Part shown: positions 24,392 to 39,234 of the stretch, one piece after another
Position numbering within the stretch: position 1 is the stretch's first letter
How the letters are laid out: each line of letters opens with the position of its first letter
Assembly (NCBI RefSeq): GCF_018977255.1
Contig: NW_024704742.1
Span: 19,780,001-19,844,000 of the forward strand
DNA: 64,000 nucleotides
Reading direction: 5' to 3'
Origin: Callorhinchus milii
Lineage: Eukaryota
Notes under the pieces: model-generated
Told to the model about the DNA's origin: nothing
Database searches by the model: none
Seen by the model: the letters and a program-made list of their open reading frames with translations, nothing else
Made by a program: the position numbers and the translations under genes

Positions 24392-26582
24392 ATGCTGTGA
24401 ACAGTAAGAGTGCCTTCCTGACCCCCTTTTAAACAAATAAAGTATATTGTTGCATGCTTTATTGTTGCATTGTACACTGTTGTAAAGCACCTATGTTTTC
24501 TGAGTGCCTTTTGTGATACTTTGTAATTTTTTAAAGAGCGGGAAAAACTCTTGTGTTCAGCTACATAGTTATAATTCCCTTCCTTCATAGTGGCTCGATT
24601 GGCTGGGCTGGATTGGGGAGATCGAAAGGTTCTGAATTTGAATGCTGATGGGTCCAGTCAATCCTTTACCTTCTTGAGGTTAATCATTGGGTGAGAATAG
24701 GGAGGAATTGAGTGTGGTGTTCATGTGGTTGCTCTGGCTCAGTAGAGACTTTGAAGGACAATATCGCATTCATCCAAAGCATTATTGGTAGCTGACCAAC
24801 CCTCAAGTTGTTCTGAAGCTGGAGAACACAATCTTGGTGATATCAAAGAATTTACCATGTAACCCCATAGATTCCAGCTTCTTCATGAAGACATCATAAG
24901 GCATTAGGTCAAAGGAAGTCAATTAATGCAAGGACTTGGTTGTGCTAGCTAGACACGTACTGTACATAAAGTACTGTGAAACATACTGGCTACTGTTACA
25001 AATATTCATTGGGTTGTTATTTAGTGGTCAAGATAAATTGGATGTTGCAAACATAAAGGCCTGCTTAGGAACCAAAAGGCACTTTTGAATCTGCTTGTTT
25101 TTAACAGTATATTATCAAAGTTGAATCGGTGGCTTTGAAATGCTGTGATCTGATTAGGGGCTTTGGTTACCATCCTGAACTACAAATGTGTATCTCAATT
25201 GGTTGGAACAGTCATTTTTACCCCCCCCGTGAGATTACACCGTGGAATAATTCAGAGTTTAGAAAACCCATTTTTTATTTCATTGTAAATGAATGATGTA
25301 CATAGTATGCTCTTGTCACTGACGTGTCAGTTATGATAAAACTGGATGTTTACTGGGAAATTACAAGTTTGCATGTATAGTTATAATAAGGGGATGTGAA
25401 TCCAAAAATTGAACTGAAGTAAATGTTAATAATCATTTGAACTGTGGTGTTAGGCTTGAATCATGTTGCAGCTAGCAAGACCAGCATCTCCTTTCTAATA
25501 ATGTACATATAATTCTCATGTTAAATGTAGGGGAGGAGATACAGTTTTCAGCATCATTTAGTAAATATATTCACAAGAGGACAGACAGTTGTGATATCAT
25601 TGCAAGTTTTGAAAATAATAATATCTGTAGTTGATTAACAGGAAATTCTACCTCCGGTGTTTAATACAATACTGCATTTATATTTGGCTCTTAACATCCT
25701 ATCTTGCTTCTATTTTTGGCAAGGAGTTTTGGAGTTGTACATTATAAGGTGAAAGGAGAATAGTTGAACTGTTCCAATGCATATTCTTTTGTATCTGATG
25801 GTGATATTAATATTCATTTGTGATTTTTTTACTTGCTGGCTTTTTTTTATAGCCTTGCTGGCTGACATAAATTTGCAATTTGATACCTGCAAACCAGAAG
25901 TCACATTTACTGCAACAAATTCAATTTGTTACCTGTCCATTCTTTAGACCTCATAGTTAATTTATTTCAGGTTAAGCAGCTGTTTATAGTTCTCTTAATT
26001 TTCTCTGTAAAACACATGAATATTTACAGAAGGAGGATTGCTGATAATTTTGGCAATTGTCATTTATACACAGTTGCGCAAAACATATTTTAGTCAAATT
26101 TATGAGCATTGGTCAGCAATTTTGTTTTTGTTATTATCTGTACCTTGAGTAGAAACCTATATGTGAAGGTTCTAACTAAGTCTGTGTTAAGGACACTGCG
26201 TGAAGGGGGTTATATAAATACATACAAAAACAGAAGTTGCTGGGAATACTAATATAAATGTATGTATATAAATACATGTTGTTGTTGTACACTTAAGGGA
26301 TTTACACCACTTCAAAAATGTAACGTCTGGAAACACATGGAACAATAACATGGAATATTGCAAAATTAAACCTACCAATTTCCAAATAGTAGATAATTCT
26401 TAACAGTAATCTGAATATTAAAAGGTGCTATAGCATACGAATTTTAGTCAATGACCAACTTTAGCGTTTATTTATTATTATTTATTTATTATTTATTATT
26501 TGTCGGCTTACCTATCTGGGTGGGAGGAGAAGGAGAGAGAGCAGGAGCAGAAGGCCTTTGGCTATGCTTTGATTTAGAAGAA

Positions 26583-26675
26583 ATGACCAGCTATCGCTGT
26601 CTGTTGCTGTCCTTTGTCAACACGAGACTGACGATATTGAACAGATGGTACCGGCCCCGAGTCAGCTGGAGGACA
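26583..26675 (+). CDS. RAPGEF2: Candidate alternative first coding exon of RAPGEF2: MTSYRCLLLSFVNTRLTILNRWYRPRVSWRT, phase 0
   Basis: ATG with G at -3; exactly 31 codons to donor ACA|GTAGGT (26675/26676); same phase as exon 1; non-repetitive, CpG-retaining islet with a purine-rich leader. Confidence 0.55.
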
Positions 26676-28604
26676 GTAGGTCAGATAACACTGAATCCAT
26701 CCATATTTTTGTAATTGTTTTCTTAAGACACATCTTAAGGATGAATACGTTGTCCTTTTTGGGTGTGTATATGTTATGTTAAATAGGTTTTATATATAAT
26801 ATATATACATACACACATCTATATATGTAATATGTATGCATTTGTTTGTACATATGTACTGAACTACTGAGCCCACCACAGAGGGTTGACTCATTTCCAA
26901 CATTGCTTTACCATTATGTTACCTTACTGCTTATTCAGCTCCAGGGAGACCACTGATATTAAATTGTTTTAAAACTATTTTTGAAGTTTCTTTCATGCAA
27001 ACCAGGATTCACTTGATAAATTCTCATGATTTTATTTTGTTCTCGATTGTTTTATCACCACATTGAACTACACATGGAAAAAATAGAATTTTATATATTT
27101 TTAAAGTAATTTCAAAGAGCTGGAAAGAACTGTAAGTTATAATGCAGAAATATAAGAAGGATATTGGAAAACGGGATAAAATATATACTTTTGATGTAGA
27201 CTTGTATCAGATGTTTTCACAACAAGTTGTTTTCTTAAAGTTCAGCGACTGCTGTGAAGGACAATATGTTAGGTTCAGATTAGTGTCTAAATGTAAACCT
27301 AATACTGTACTTAGCAATTTCATCTCCACTTGTTCATAATTTACATTTATCAGAAAGTGACTTGAATCTGTAGCCAGTTTACAAATCTACTCGGGCAACT
27401 TGGATAAGTTTGAAATGGGAAATTTAAGTAATTGTGAAGCATAAGCAAGACAACAACACAGTGCAATCGTGATTGTTTACCAGGGTTATTTTAGTGGATA
27501 TGACACATTTTGCTTTAAGCTTGTTATTTAAATTGAGACCTGTACAGTAGTAGATTAATTTAATTTGTGTCTGAAGGATCAGGCAACTGGAGATTATGGT
27601 ATCCAGTAATTGACGCAGTCAATGTTTTTTCCAGTTGTAGGAGTAATATGTCTTCAGGAGAGGGAAAAAAGATTCAGCTAGTGTCTTTCACTTGTTTCTT
27701 GCCAACTATAGATCTGGCAGAGGGTGATGGATTTGTGTTTTGAGTTGAGCAAAGTTTAATTTGCTACAAGAAAATAACAGTCGAGTTTTCCATCGTCATA
27801 AGATTGACGCCGGCTTGGATTGTATTGGCAGTAATTTTTCAGGATGACTGATTAATTTTACTTATGATTTCTTACTCTAGTGCTTTAAAATGTATGTGTT
27901 TTTTATCTTTTTATCATGGCAAGTTTTGATTTGTTTTCCAATTAACCATGATTTAAGAAGAAATAGAACTTTTTGTGCAAAAGCTGTGGAACAGCAACAA
28001 TTAATATATCTATTTTTATATGTCGCTTTGCTTTTGGGAACGTCTTCTGAAACCCGATTAAGCCATTTACAGAATTCAGAAGAAGGGATACAGAAATTGC
28101 TGAAACTTTATTTTAAAAAAGTGTGAATATTGAATGTTGCGCTGGTTGGCAGTCGACAACTGAAAGAATTTGGAGGAAGAGATTATAGTCATATACTTGG
28201 ATCAGTTATTAGTTTTCCAGTTGTGGTTTGTACCATGTGTGAACTGAATCAGTTGAAATGATAACCCCGCCACTCACGAGTTGCAGTGCTTAAAATAAAT
28301 AAATTTTCAAAGTTAATTATAGTTTCATAGTAGCCCTTTCAGACTGTAAAAGAGGTTTGTCACTGAATAGTTCTGTTTAAAAATCCACATTCATAATTAT
28401 TTTTCTAGCATTAGCACTATTTAGAGTGCTTCGTTTTGTTATGAAATACAGAGTAACGCTTGGAAATTCTTAAATTCAGGCATCATTTGAAAGTGAATTT
28501 TCTGTAGATCTTAAAAAAGTCAAGCTTTCAAATTAAGACTGAATTGAGGAATTTTTCATAGTTTTGCAGTCTTAAATTTTAATATAAAATGATTGTGTGT
28601 CAAA

Positions 28605-29010
28605 CTGGCTCCGTGTGTCAGCCTGGCCACCGCCTCTGAGGATTGTAGACCCATATCGGGATTTTGAATTCCTAGCCTAGACTCTACAATGCAGTCAGTG
28701 ATTTGGGTGCATTGCACTGTTAGAGGTGCCATCCTTGGATAAGACCTCGTAAACTGAAGTCCTGTCTGCCTATCAGGTGGACATAAAAGATCCCGTGGCA
28801 CTATTCAAAAATTGAAGGGAGTTTCTCCCATTGTCCCTGCCAACAATCTCCCAAATGAAATTCTTCATTGATATTCGTGGGACTTTGCTGTGTGCAAATT
28901 GACTGCTGCATTTGTCTACAATGTACAGTCATTACACTATACAATGTATCCTGCGAAGTGCTTTGAGATCGTGAAAGGTGCTTTTCCCAAATCTAAGGAT
29001 TATCATTATC
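28605..29010 (+). mobile_element. Old DeuSINE (SacSINE1-like) copy, near full length
   Basis: ttagaggtgccatcctt...cctgtctgcctatcaggtggacataaaagatcccgtggcactatt...gggactttgctgtgtgcaaattgactgctgc + tail. Confidence 0.8.
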
Positions 29011-30009
29011 TTGCAAGTCAGACAAGATGGAATTGTGAGCATTAAGGCAATTTTTTCATATCATTTTTTTCCCCTTGCTATTTCGTCTCCTCTTCTGAAG
29101 GCATCTCTTTCTTTCCGATCAACTGATAGTAAAGTGCTGTGAATTCCAATTTAAGTAGCTGTTATTTGTGTGAGCTTTGACAGTGTTGACAGTGGAGATA
29201 TTTTGCTTGAACCTGATCCGATACTCACCTAACTTCCACAATTATGCAACTAGCAGGGGAAATGTGGAAAGTAATACTGGTGTGATTGATCCTCCCCAAT
29301 TCCTAGACTCTTCCCCATTTGTAAGGAACATTTAAGTCGCTTTCATATTTTAGGTTTTTTTTGCAGGGTAAAAAAAAATTCAGAGAAAATTGTTTCTCAG
29401 CAAAACAAAATCGGTAAATTTGGTCAGTAAAAACTGACTTCAGAGATTCCTACCCTTGTGGCTTTCTGAGTTATCGAGAGTGTGGGAATATCCTTTATAT
29501 TTCTACATGATCTGAACGTTTCAATAAACTTTGTCCAAGGTAATGCCTGATCTGCAAAAGTAACTGTAGTAGATATTTGCAATATTCTCTTAAGCAGATA
29601 AATATTCATGCTTATTTATTTCAAATGACTTTTTTTGTATGTTGCAAAGACAAGTTGCATAACCTAACTAGTAAGTAAGCAGTCTAACAGATAATCAGTA
29701 GACTAGTGTTCATGTCCTATGTGTTAAGAATTAATCCTACAAGCACAAAAACAACAAGTTGGCCACTGACATATGTTGTACTTCTTGATTGCTGTACAGA
29801 TACTCTCGGAGCCACCCTAACTTGAAGTTTCCAGTGTTGTGTACAAGTGCTGTGGAATCTTAAAACTGTACAAAGTAAAATGTATGAAATTCACCTTTCA
29901 TTATACAGCACTGTTCTGTTTTCTGTTCTTGGTCATGCACCATTACCTGTCGAAGAGGGTGGGCAGCTCACTTTCTTTCCCTTCTATAATGATCCTTGAC
30001 ATCTGATGT

Positions 30010-30920
30010 TGAAACGTCTCAAGGCTGGTAATTGGTGTACTGTATCGTGGCTATTTGTTGGCAATTGTATGTAGTGGCCAATTTGCAATGGCAGTGTCCC
30101 ACAAACAGCTATGAATTGAATGATGATAATAATCTTGAATTTGAGATAGCAATTTTCATGCCAGGAGGACATCTCAAAATGCATCACAGTGTATAATGTA
30201 AAGTATACTGACTGCGTATTTTATAGACCAATTTACCTGCAGGATTATTGGACGCTAAGAGAAGCTCTTCATCAACCAGGCAGATGGGACCTCTGTTAAA
30301 TATTTCATCCGAAGGACTGTATCTCTCACAATACAGTGCTCCCCGGTACAGCACTGATATGTCAGCTTTGCTTTGGAGCTTGAGGGTTGAACTCACAATT
30401 CTGATTTAGGGACAAGGCTGTGTGATTAACCTGTGTGATTAATTGGTTGCAGGATTAAACGAAGCAAAAAAAGTCTAATTTTGCCTTTTTTTAAAAAAAT
30501 GTCTTTTTCACTTCTTTCTGCTCGGCATCTGATGCCTGACTCAGTTGGTAGCAATCTCACCTCAATTGGAAGGGTGTGGATTCCCGCCCCGTTCACATAC
30601 TCTAGTCTGATACTCGAATGCAGTGCTGGGGTTGACGTGCTTCATGTGGGACATTTAACTGAGGTCCCATCTGTCTGTTCAGGTGGATGTGTAAGATCCC
30701 ATGGGTCCATTTGAAAAGAGAAAGGAGTTTCTCCCAGTATCCTAGCCAACGACCCCCCGCATAAAATTGTTCATTCGCTCCATGGCTCTTTGTCAGAATT
30801 GCTATGCACAAATGGCTGCTGCATTTGCTTAGCCTAGAAAATACACAGTGGCTGCACTTTATATCATATCTTACAAAGTGCTTTGAGGCATCTTTCAGAC
30901 CTGAAAAGGACTATTATTCT
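30010..30920. mobile_element. Cluster of old DeuSINE-like copies (minus about 30010-30420, plus about 30525-30920)
   Basis: Same diagnostic blocks as 28605-29010 in both orientations. Confidence 0.7.
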
Positions 30921-33900
30921 GTTGGTTCAAATGGAAATTTGTTACATGAGAAATTGCAGAGTACTAGTGTATTACACTAACAGGGGGTGCAGTACATGTT
31001 TATTTTGAATTCCTAGTCTGCACAACCCAGCTTCTTTGGCAGAAAATATAGTCTGGAGACCCGATCCTCTTTCAATGTTGCTGTGTAGCCAGCCACAAGA
31101 AGGTGTCAAGTTTGCTCTATATTTTTCTTAAATCTCTCTTTGACTGTTGGGGATTTACTGGAGTGTGAAACTTGGCTGCTGTGTTTGTCTATAAATTAAT
31201 CACTCCTCTTTACGGTAAAATCTTGTGAAGCACTTTGAGAAGTCCTTCCCAATGTGAAAATACAAGGATTATTATTAGAATTGTGTGAAGAAGAGGATGA
31301 TTGGCACTAACTTACCAGTAGATCTTTTTTAAGAAAATGACCAGTCTGTTCTACCATTGTGCATCTCTTTGTATTGAGGGAAACATCTGTCAGCTGATCA
31401 TGTGTGCTTTCTTTGTGGGTACTGAATCCTTTCACTGGTCATTTCAGTAGTTTCAATGCAAGTGTGTTGTCCCTTTATTTAAGATTGCAAAAAAAGTGAA
31501 AAAGTAATTTAAACATAGACAAATCTTGTGACTTCTGTGAAGTAACTTATGATGTCCAAATTCTTAAACTACCCCCCAAATTTCATGTTTTTAAAATAAT
31601 AATTTCTTCTCTGGCAAGTTTGTTTTTCTTATTTGCTGATTCTCACCTTACCGGTGAGAGCTGGTATCAAAAGCTGGTAGAATTTGTGACTGAAATTATT
31701 ACAATTAAAATTGCTGCAACTGAGGATTTTTTAAAAAAGTAATGTTTTATGCTGGTTGTTTTTCATAGCTGCCAAAGTAGGTAGGCGGAATACAATTGAA
31801 CAAGAGTAAGGCTGATTGGAGAAGGAAGGAAGTTTCAGAATCAGTAGCATCAAAATGGTCCCCTTCCTTCCTAACTCATGAAACAGGTTATGGTATGAAA
31901 ATAATGTTTCCATAAGTATTTGGGTTGCATTATGAATCCTACCTAATAGTAACTAAAAAATCATTACTTTTACCCAAGTGTAAATTGAGATTGTATCTAT
32001 CGTGCTAGGATTTAGTAGATGCCAACATTCCCTGAAATCTTTATGAGCACACATCCTGATTGTGCTATTTTGATAATATCCTATTTGAGCGTCTTAAAAT
32101 AAATCAGAACTGCCTTTCTTAAGGGGATTGGAGACAAAAAGGTGGAGCCCGAGTGAAATAAGAATGGAAAACAGGAAGCATCCTTTCAGGCAGGGTTGCT
32201 TGTCAATGGGAAATTCAAAATGATTTTCCATCCTTTATTATTAATTTAGCTATAAGCAATATTTCCCATAAATGAGTACGGCTGACTTGGAAGCAAATGC
32301 AGAGTTCAGATAATTTCGAATGTAGTACTTTTTTCCCCCTGCAATTTATATTTTGTGGGTGAAAACTACATACTCTATCTGCTATTTTAGGAAAGATTTT
32401 AATAATTTCACTTTTATGGAGTTGCATCATTCAGATTTCCTTTTGCCTCTAGATTTTCTCCACTGGAAGGAGGAGGTGAAAAGAATAGCTATATTGACCT
32501 TGAACTTAAGACCAGACCGCAGAGGAGCATAAGTATCTTTGGTATAAAGGCCTTTGGCACTTTTTATTTAAATGAGTTCGAAGGTGAAAATGCTGATCAT
32601 GAGAATTAGGGTATGGCTTCTTGACACAAAATGATAAATGAAGTAGTTTTTAATGCTCTGTAGTTGTGATAAAAGCGACAGTAGTGTTTAGTTTGCAGCA
32701 CACAAATGAGTGTTGTATTGCTCTCAAATTAATTAGTCTACAACTAACAACTAATGCTGTTGTGAAGGGACTTGGTTGAGGAAAAGAACATTGCCTCCAT
32801 TTTCTGTTTAAATTTTTCAGAATAGAAAAATTAAAAATGTATTTAAAAATAAAGTAAAAGTGCACTTAATGCATTTTTCCTGTGGAGATTTAGAAATTAA
32901 ATAATTTAATTGCATCTTTTTCCAGCATTTAGCCTTGCAACAGTATAGCTTTTTGATTAAAATAATAAAATATTTATGATAAATGGAATGCAATGTTAAA
33001 CTGTCTTAACGTTTGGATTGTTTCCAATACAGTACTCAGCATAGACCTGCGGAGTTCACAACTGCAAGGCTAAATATACTATTGGTTTACTTTAAAAGTA
33101 TTGGAGAGAGCAGGAGAGTGGGATTAGGTTAAATGGCTCATGTGGGAAATGCCATAGTAGATTTTATGAACCAAATGACCTTTTTCTGTGCTGTAAAATT
33201 CTATGAATAGAAAGAGAGAGATGCCTGCTGATGGTGAGTGATGACTATGTCGAAGCATTGACAATCAAGAAAATTCCATTATGTTAATTGTGGGTTGAAT
33301 TATTCTAAATTTGTAATCTGGTAATAATCCTTGCATTGGATATAGCACTTCATCACATTGTTGATGTCTCAGAGCACTTCATTGGATATACAATAAAGTG
33401 TGTTTTTTTGGGTATTAATCCTAGATGGTAAAATAATTGTCCATAAGTGGTTAAAACTACCAGATTTTGAACAGACAATTCATGGAAAAGCTTCGAAATC
33501 TGAGGCTATTGTTGGTGAATTCAGAACTTAGAAAACTAATTGTTAGGATCACTTTTTTGAGTGAATAAAATAAGTTAGAATTTCACTTGGTTACATAGGA
33601 ACAAGAGGAAGTCATTCAGCTCATCAATCTTATTTATTAGATCTTGGCAGATTGTTTAATCCCAACTCTTTTGCTATGAACACGCTCCCAGCTGCATTCT
33701 TTCATCCCACATCTACCACCTCAGTTTGCAATGTTAAACTCCATTTACCAGTCTGCCCATCTGCTTAATCTGTATGTATCTGCCTTTTTAGCCTGTTCCC
33801 TTTACAGTTTACAACACCTACTAGATCGGTGTCATCCACAAACTGAGAAATAATCTCCTATATTATTGTATTCAGATAATTGATGTATTGGGTGAAAAGC

Positions 33901-36473
33901 TTGGGTACTTATCCATGGGGATCACCGCTTGTCACTACCTGGAAATTGGAGAATGTTCTTTTTAAATTAACTTTCTCCAACCAGTTTCATATCCCTTAAT
34001 TTTAGTTTGGAGCTGAAGTTAGAAAACTGGTTTTGAGGATTGCTTTTCTTGAAAATTGAGACTGGAATATCTTAATACATGTTGTTAAACCTTAGCCATT
34101 GTTTTAGTTGCAAATTTGGGGTTTGGTATTACAGTTTGTTCATGTGTATAGGCAAAAGTGATTTTGTGGGGGTATTAATCCTAATGTTAAATTAATGGTC
34201 CATAAGTAGTTAAGTAGTTAAGAATTTCAGTTTGTTATTTTCAGTTTGTTCATTTGTATAGGCAAATGTGATTTAGCAGAGAAAACTGTGAAGCTGCTTC
34301 AGGCACTATTAAGTATATGCATCTACTGATTTGATTGGAGCTTAACCTTTAGTGAAGCCAAGATCTGATTTCTTCACTCTGAAATGGTGACCTAGTTTTT
34401 TATAAAGAGCTGGAACTGAACATTGTGAATCCAAGTTAGATCTGCCAATACCACAGTATTCAAAAAAAGTTCTTTGAATGAACATTCACTGATCTCAGAA
34501 ACAGACCATTTGTCACGTGGTCTGATTCCCAGCAAGCTGCTCATTAATTTTAATAGCTGCCAAAGAAGAGGAGCCTCTTTTGAAAACTAAGTTACAAACT
34601 TTTGTTTGGTCAAATTTCTCTAGTACAATATGTTGTAGGATTTTATTTCCTGGTTGTCGTGTTCATTTAACTTATTTAGAATTTCAGCCTTCAGAATTTT
34701 CTTCCTAATGTTTTTGTATAATTATTTCAATCTTTGTTATTTTGAAAGCTGCTTAATTGTGCAAAATTCTTTTGGAAGTTCTTCAACAGGCTTTTAAGGC
34801 GTGGATCCCAGACAGATCAATCCTTTAAAATTCAACACGGTGCCATAATCTGCTTTATGTTTATAGTTTCTACAGCATAATGGGAGTACTTTCATAAAAG
34901 ACCTCAGTTTCTATATTTTTGCACAAAGGCCCAGTACATCTAGTAGGTAAAGAACGGTATGCAGGAAGGCTACAAAAGAAGCTCATCTGTATTCAGTAGA
35001 TTTCACAGAGGAACGGCAAGTCTTGACTCTCACAATTAACATGCATTGTGGTTTCATAATATACTTTCTGAAGCACTGATAGGGAAGCAAATAATATAGT
35101 TTTCGCCAGATACAAATTTCCTGTAAAGGGAGATTCAACATTTTTTTTTACACCTGTAACATGGATTCCTGTGTTAAACACTTCAATTATTATATTTTTG
35201 TTTAACATGGCATCACAAACCACGATTGAAATTTATTTTTGTCTTAAAAGTGCAGGTTTGCCTACCAGGACATTTCCAGATAGAATTGCTGATCATTTTT
35301 GAGTTAGCTCACCTCAGCTACAATTTACCTCTGCTTTCCAAAGTTGGATGTGTATTTCCCACTGTAGCTTTGGAAAACAGAAGTATTGGTTGAAGACTGG
35401 ATTAGAAATATTATTATTATTATTGTTCTCTACCAAAATTACATACAGTTCCAAATGTTGCCTCATCTGTGATCTGTTATTATAGAAAGTTTGAATAATT
35501 CCTTCTGGCTCATTGTCACCGTCTGAGTCAGCCATTCGTTTGTATATTATGTTTTCAATTTTAAAAAAATCTTAGATTGATTTTTGGTTCATAGATCTAT
35601 GTATGCATCTGAATTTTTAGATGTGTGCCATTATTCTAGAGTGTAAACCTGGAGGTAACAGCACCCACAATAGCAAGGTTAAACCATTGCTAAGTATGTG
35701 GGATGAAATTTTTTTCTGTCTCAACCTGCCCCACAGGCAGAACTGTTCAGTGCTGGCCAGAATGTATCTAATTCAGAAATCAGGGAAGGTCTTCAGCTAG
35801 AAAAAAAATCAAGACTCATGACTTGAACCAACTGTGCGTGCAAAGAGCTGCCTCAGGCCGCTTCAGAACCAGTTCTACCTGAACCAGTTCGGAAGTATTC
35901 TGGAATATAAATGAGGTAATATCTAGCTAGTTTTGATCTTATTTTTGAGGAAATGGTTGAGAAGAAAATACTCTATGAGCTAGGTAGACATTGTATTTTT
36001 GACATTAAGTGTCTTTATTTTGTAATTGTGCATAAAGTACAGCTGTAGGAAATGAGTAATTATGCAGGATATCCCAGTTGAGCATGAAAGCTTCTTTACA
36101 ATGGGTTCAAGCCCAAAGGCGGTTAACAGAAGCAGCAGTCATCAAAATAGGTATGATTCACATCAAAGTGATGCATCCAGTAGCTTTCCTAATTATTTTG
36201 CTCACTGATTTGTGTTTTGTATTTTCCTAATGATGTATACTGTTCGTGTTTAAATATGTGACTATTTGTTGATTGGCACATTTTTTGCTGCAGATTACTT
36301 CAGGACTGGTTAAAATAGAATTGGACTCTGAGGTTACTGATCCAAGGTTCCTGCCCTACTTTACTCATCGAGCAGCAATCCAAAACAATGATTCCTGCTG
36401 GGGTATAATTCTGATATCTTGCTGATATCTTCAAATGCTTGCTGGAAATTGTGTTGTCCTCATCTGATGTACA

Positions 36474-36633
36474 AACAATAATAAATTGGTCACTTCAATC
36501 CACGACTGTTTGTGGGACATTGCTGTGCGGAATTGGCTGCTGCGTTTCGCCCACAAATATACAGTCAATTCACTCTACAGTATATTCTGCGAAGTCGTGA
36601 AAAGCGCCATATCAAATGCAATGATTATTATTA
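36474..36633 (+). mobile_element. SINE 3' half
   Basis: ctgtttgtgggacattgctgtgcggaattggctgc...aaagcgccatatcaaatgcaatgattattattat. Confidence 0.88.
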
Positions 36634-37051
36634 TAAATGTGCAAAGGGCATCATTCGATAGCATTCGGGAGCAGAAATGTTCCCTTTTCTCCAACAGGGT
36701 GACTCTGTTGCCCTGGATAGCACCTTTATCAGCTGAGCCTAGAGTAACTTGAATGTTGTTGCTGGCAATATGGTCCACAGTTGATATCCACAGTATTGCC
36801 ATACAGGTCCTGCTGTCACTGGTAGTAGCACATACAGTCCTGATAACCAATCATTCTAAGGGAAAAGGGCTGTGACAAACTAACAGGAGCGGTGAGTTAG
36901 GCATACGTATGAATACATAAATAAATGAGACTGGGATATTGATGACTTAAGTGATAGAAACAAGTTAACCCAAGGTTGAGTTTCACAAGTTTACCCTGTA
37001 TGTTTGCTAAGAGAAAGCTGTCAGTCCTTTCTATGCGAATAAAGCTAACTT

Positions 37052-37362
37052 AATAATAATAATCCTTGCATTTGATATAGCGCTTTTCACGTCTTCTAGA
37101 CGTCCCAAAGCGCTTCACAGAATATACTGTAAAGTGAATTGACTGTATATTTGTAGGCGAACCCGGCAGCCAATTGCGCACAGCAATGTCCCACAAACAG
37201 TCATGGATTGAAAATGACCAATTTATTATTGTTTTTTTTTTGGAGGGATTATTATTAGGCTCTGTGTGGAGAAAGGAAACTTGCCCAAGGTTTTGCCCTG
37301 TCTGGAATTGAACTCAGGTCTCTCGCTTGCAAAGCGAGTGCTCTAACCACTGAGCTACAGGA
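37052..37362 (-). mobile_element. tRNA-derived SINE, full length (short variant)
   Basis: Reverse complement of the 47601 copy; (TAA)n at the left end, tRNA-Ala-like head at the right. Confidence 0.92.
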
Positions 37363-39234
37363 AGGACTTAACTTGGTTAAGACTTGAACATTGTGACTGG
37401 TAATAAAACTGTTACTGTGCAAATATTGCATTTTTTGTATTAATTTGATAAAATGGGCAAATGTTACCACGAACTGTTTATACTTTTTATATGTAGAATT
37501 TTTAAAGAGCTAATTAAGATGAGATCAGAACCTTTGCCAAAGAATTTGCAGTTCACAAAAACACTAACTTGCATTTATGTAGCGCCCTTCACGCTGGACA
37601 GTGTCTTGGAACGTTTGAGTGTTTGTTACTCTGAGTATTTACTACCTTTATTATGTGATTTGATGCTGCAAATACTTTGAATAAACTGCCATTATCTGAG
37701 AAAAGGATGAGGCAGCTTACTTATCAAATATAATTTAAGAAAACCTTGTGATTCTGGCCATTGGGTAATAGTATTAGCAAGCCTTAAGATGGCAGGAATA
37801 GGGTTGAGTGAGACAATTGAGAAAATAATGGGGAGAAGGTAGAGAAGAGGAGGGAAGGGAAGCTGACACTGCCCCAGTAATAGACAAGTCTAAAGAATAC
37901 TTTCAAATCCATACTCTTCAGAACTTCTCATGTCAGCATTCTGGTGGTAAGTGAAACCATAAAATTCATAGGAAAGTTGCTAATTTTAGGATAAATACTT
38001 TTGCACGTAGCTGAAAAAGTCAGAGCTTTAATGTGAAATGCAAGTGAAACTGAAAAGCTTTCTGTTTCAGTGGCACTGAAAGATATTTTGATGCTGTGTT
38101 TATACTAGACTGTCGCAAGACTGCTGGTGTGGCAGCCTTCTGTCAGCAATCATCTGTTGCTGATGAAAAACACATTTTTATTTTTTGGAAAAAACGACAT
38201 GTCCAACTTTGTATTTTTAAAAAAACTATTTAATCCATACATATACTGCTTCGAGGGAACCAAGGAATACCAACTGACTCAGAGTTCTTTTTTCTTTCTG
38301 GAACAAAAACAGGAATAACGTTTCTCTCACTTACCTTATTCAGTTGCATGTTCAGAGAACACACCCGTTATTAGTAAGTAGCAAGCTGCTTACTGCTTGG
38401 GCTAAGCTTGAACAGAAGTCCAGACTATATCAGTCCATAATTTGATCAAGATGTTGTGCATGGCGGTACATTTTTTGTGTTCATATTAAGATGGGGGATG
38501 GGTGACTGGGCTGAAGAACTGTGGCTCAATCTTAACATGTACTGCAATGTCACATCGGGTAATTTGGCTGAGACATGGGATAAACGTCCCTTTATTCTTT
38601 GAAACCCAGTTTTACAATGACATAATCTGTATACAACATATTGTAAAGACTATAGCAACATTTCACTAATGAAATTAAATGAGCAGTGTGGATAAGAAAG
38701 AAAACTGCAGTTAAAATCACAAAATATTGAGAATGCAGGTAATAATAATAATCCTTGCATTTAATACAGCGCATTATGTCTTCGAGACATCTCAAAGCGC
38801 TTCACAGAATATACCGTAAAGTGAATTGCTGCATATTTTATGGGCGAAATAGTAGCATTGCAAGTTAAAAGTTTAGTGCTTTACTTGTGATCCTAAAATA
38901 TGTTAACTGATCTTTCCCTTTCAGATGCTGGTTGACCATTTTCTTTTTTTAAATAAATAAACAAAATGATTATATTTTGTAATGAAATTAAAATCCTCAC
39001 TTTGAGTGTTTCTTCATTGTAAAATCTGGTATATGAGTTCCACTTTCTTGAAAGATTTTATCATCTTTATATTAACATTTTTTACAAATGAGTTTTATTT
39101 CATAGCTTAGTAAGATGGTGAAATAATTTGTGTTCCAGATTTCAGAATAGTTGTAACATATTTTGAGGCTTCACCAATGATTCTCATCCAGTCTGCCGTG
39201 CTCCATAACTTTAAGTAACCAGTGAGAATCCAAA

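Noticed and set aside
26465..26502. Analogue of the human RAPGEF2 intronic TTTTA/TTTCA disease repeat
   Set aside because: Only a short mixed TTTA/TTA run; no pentamer array, and a different intron
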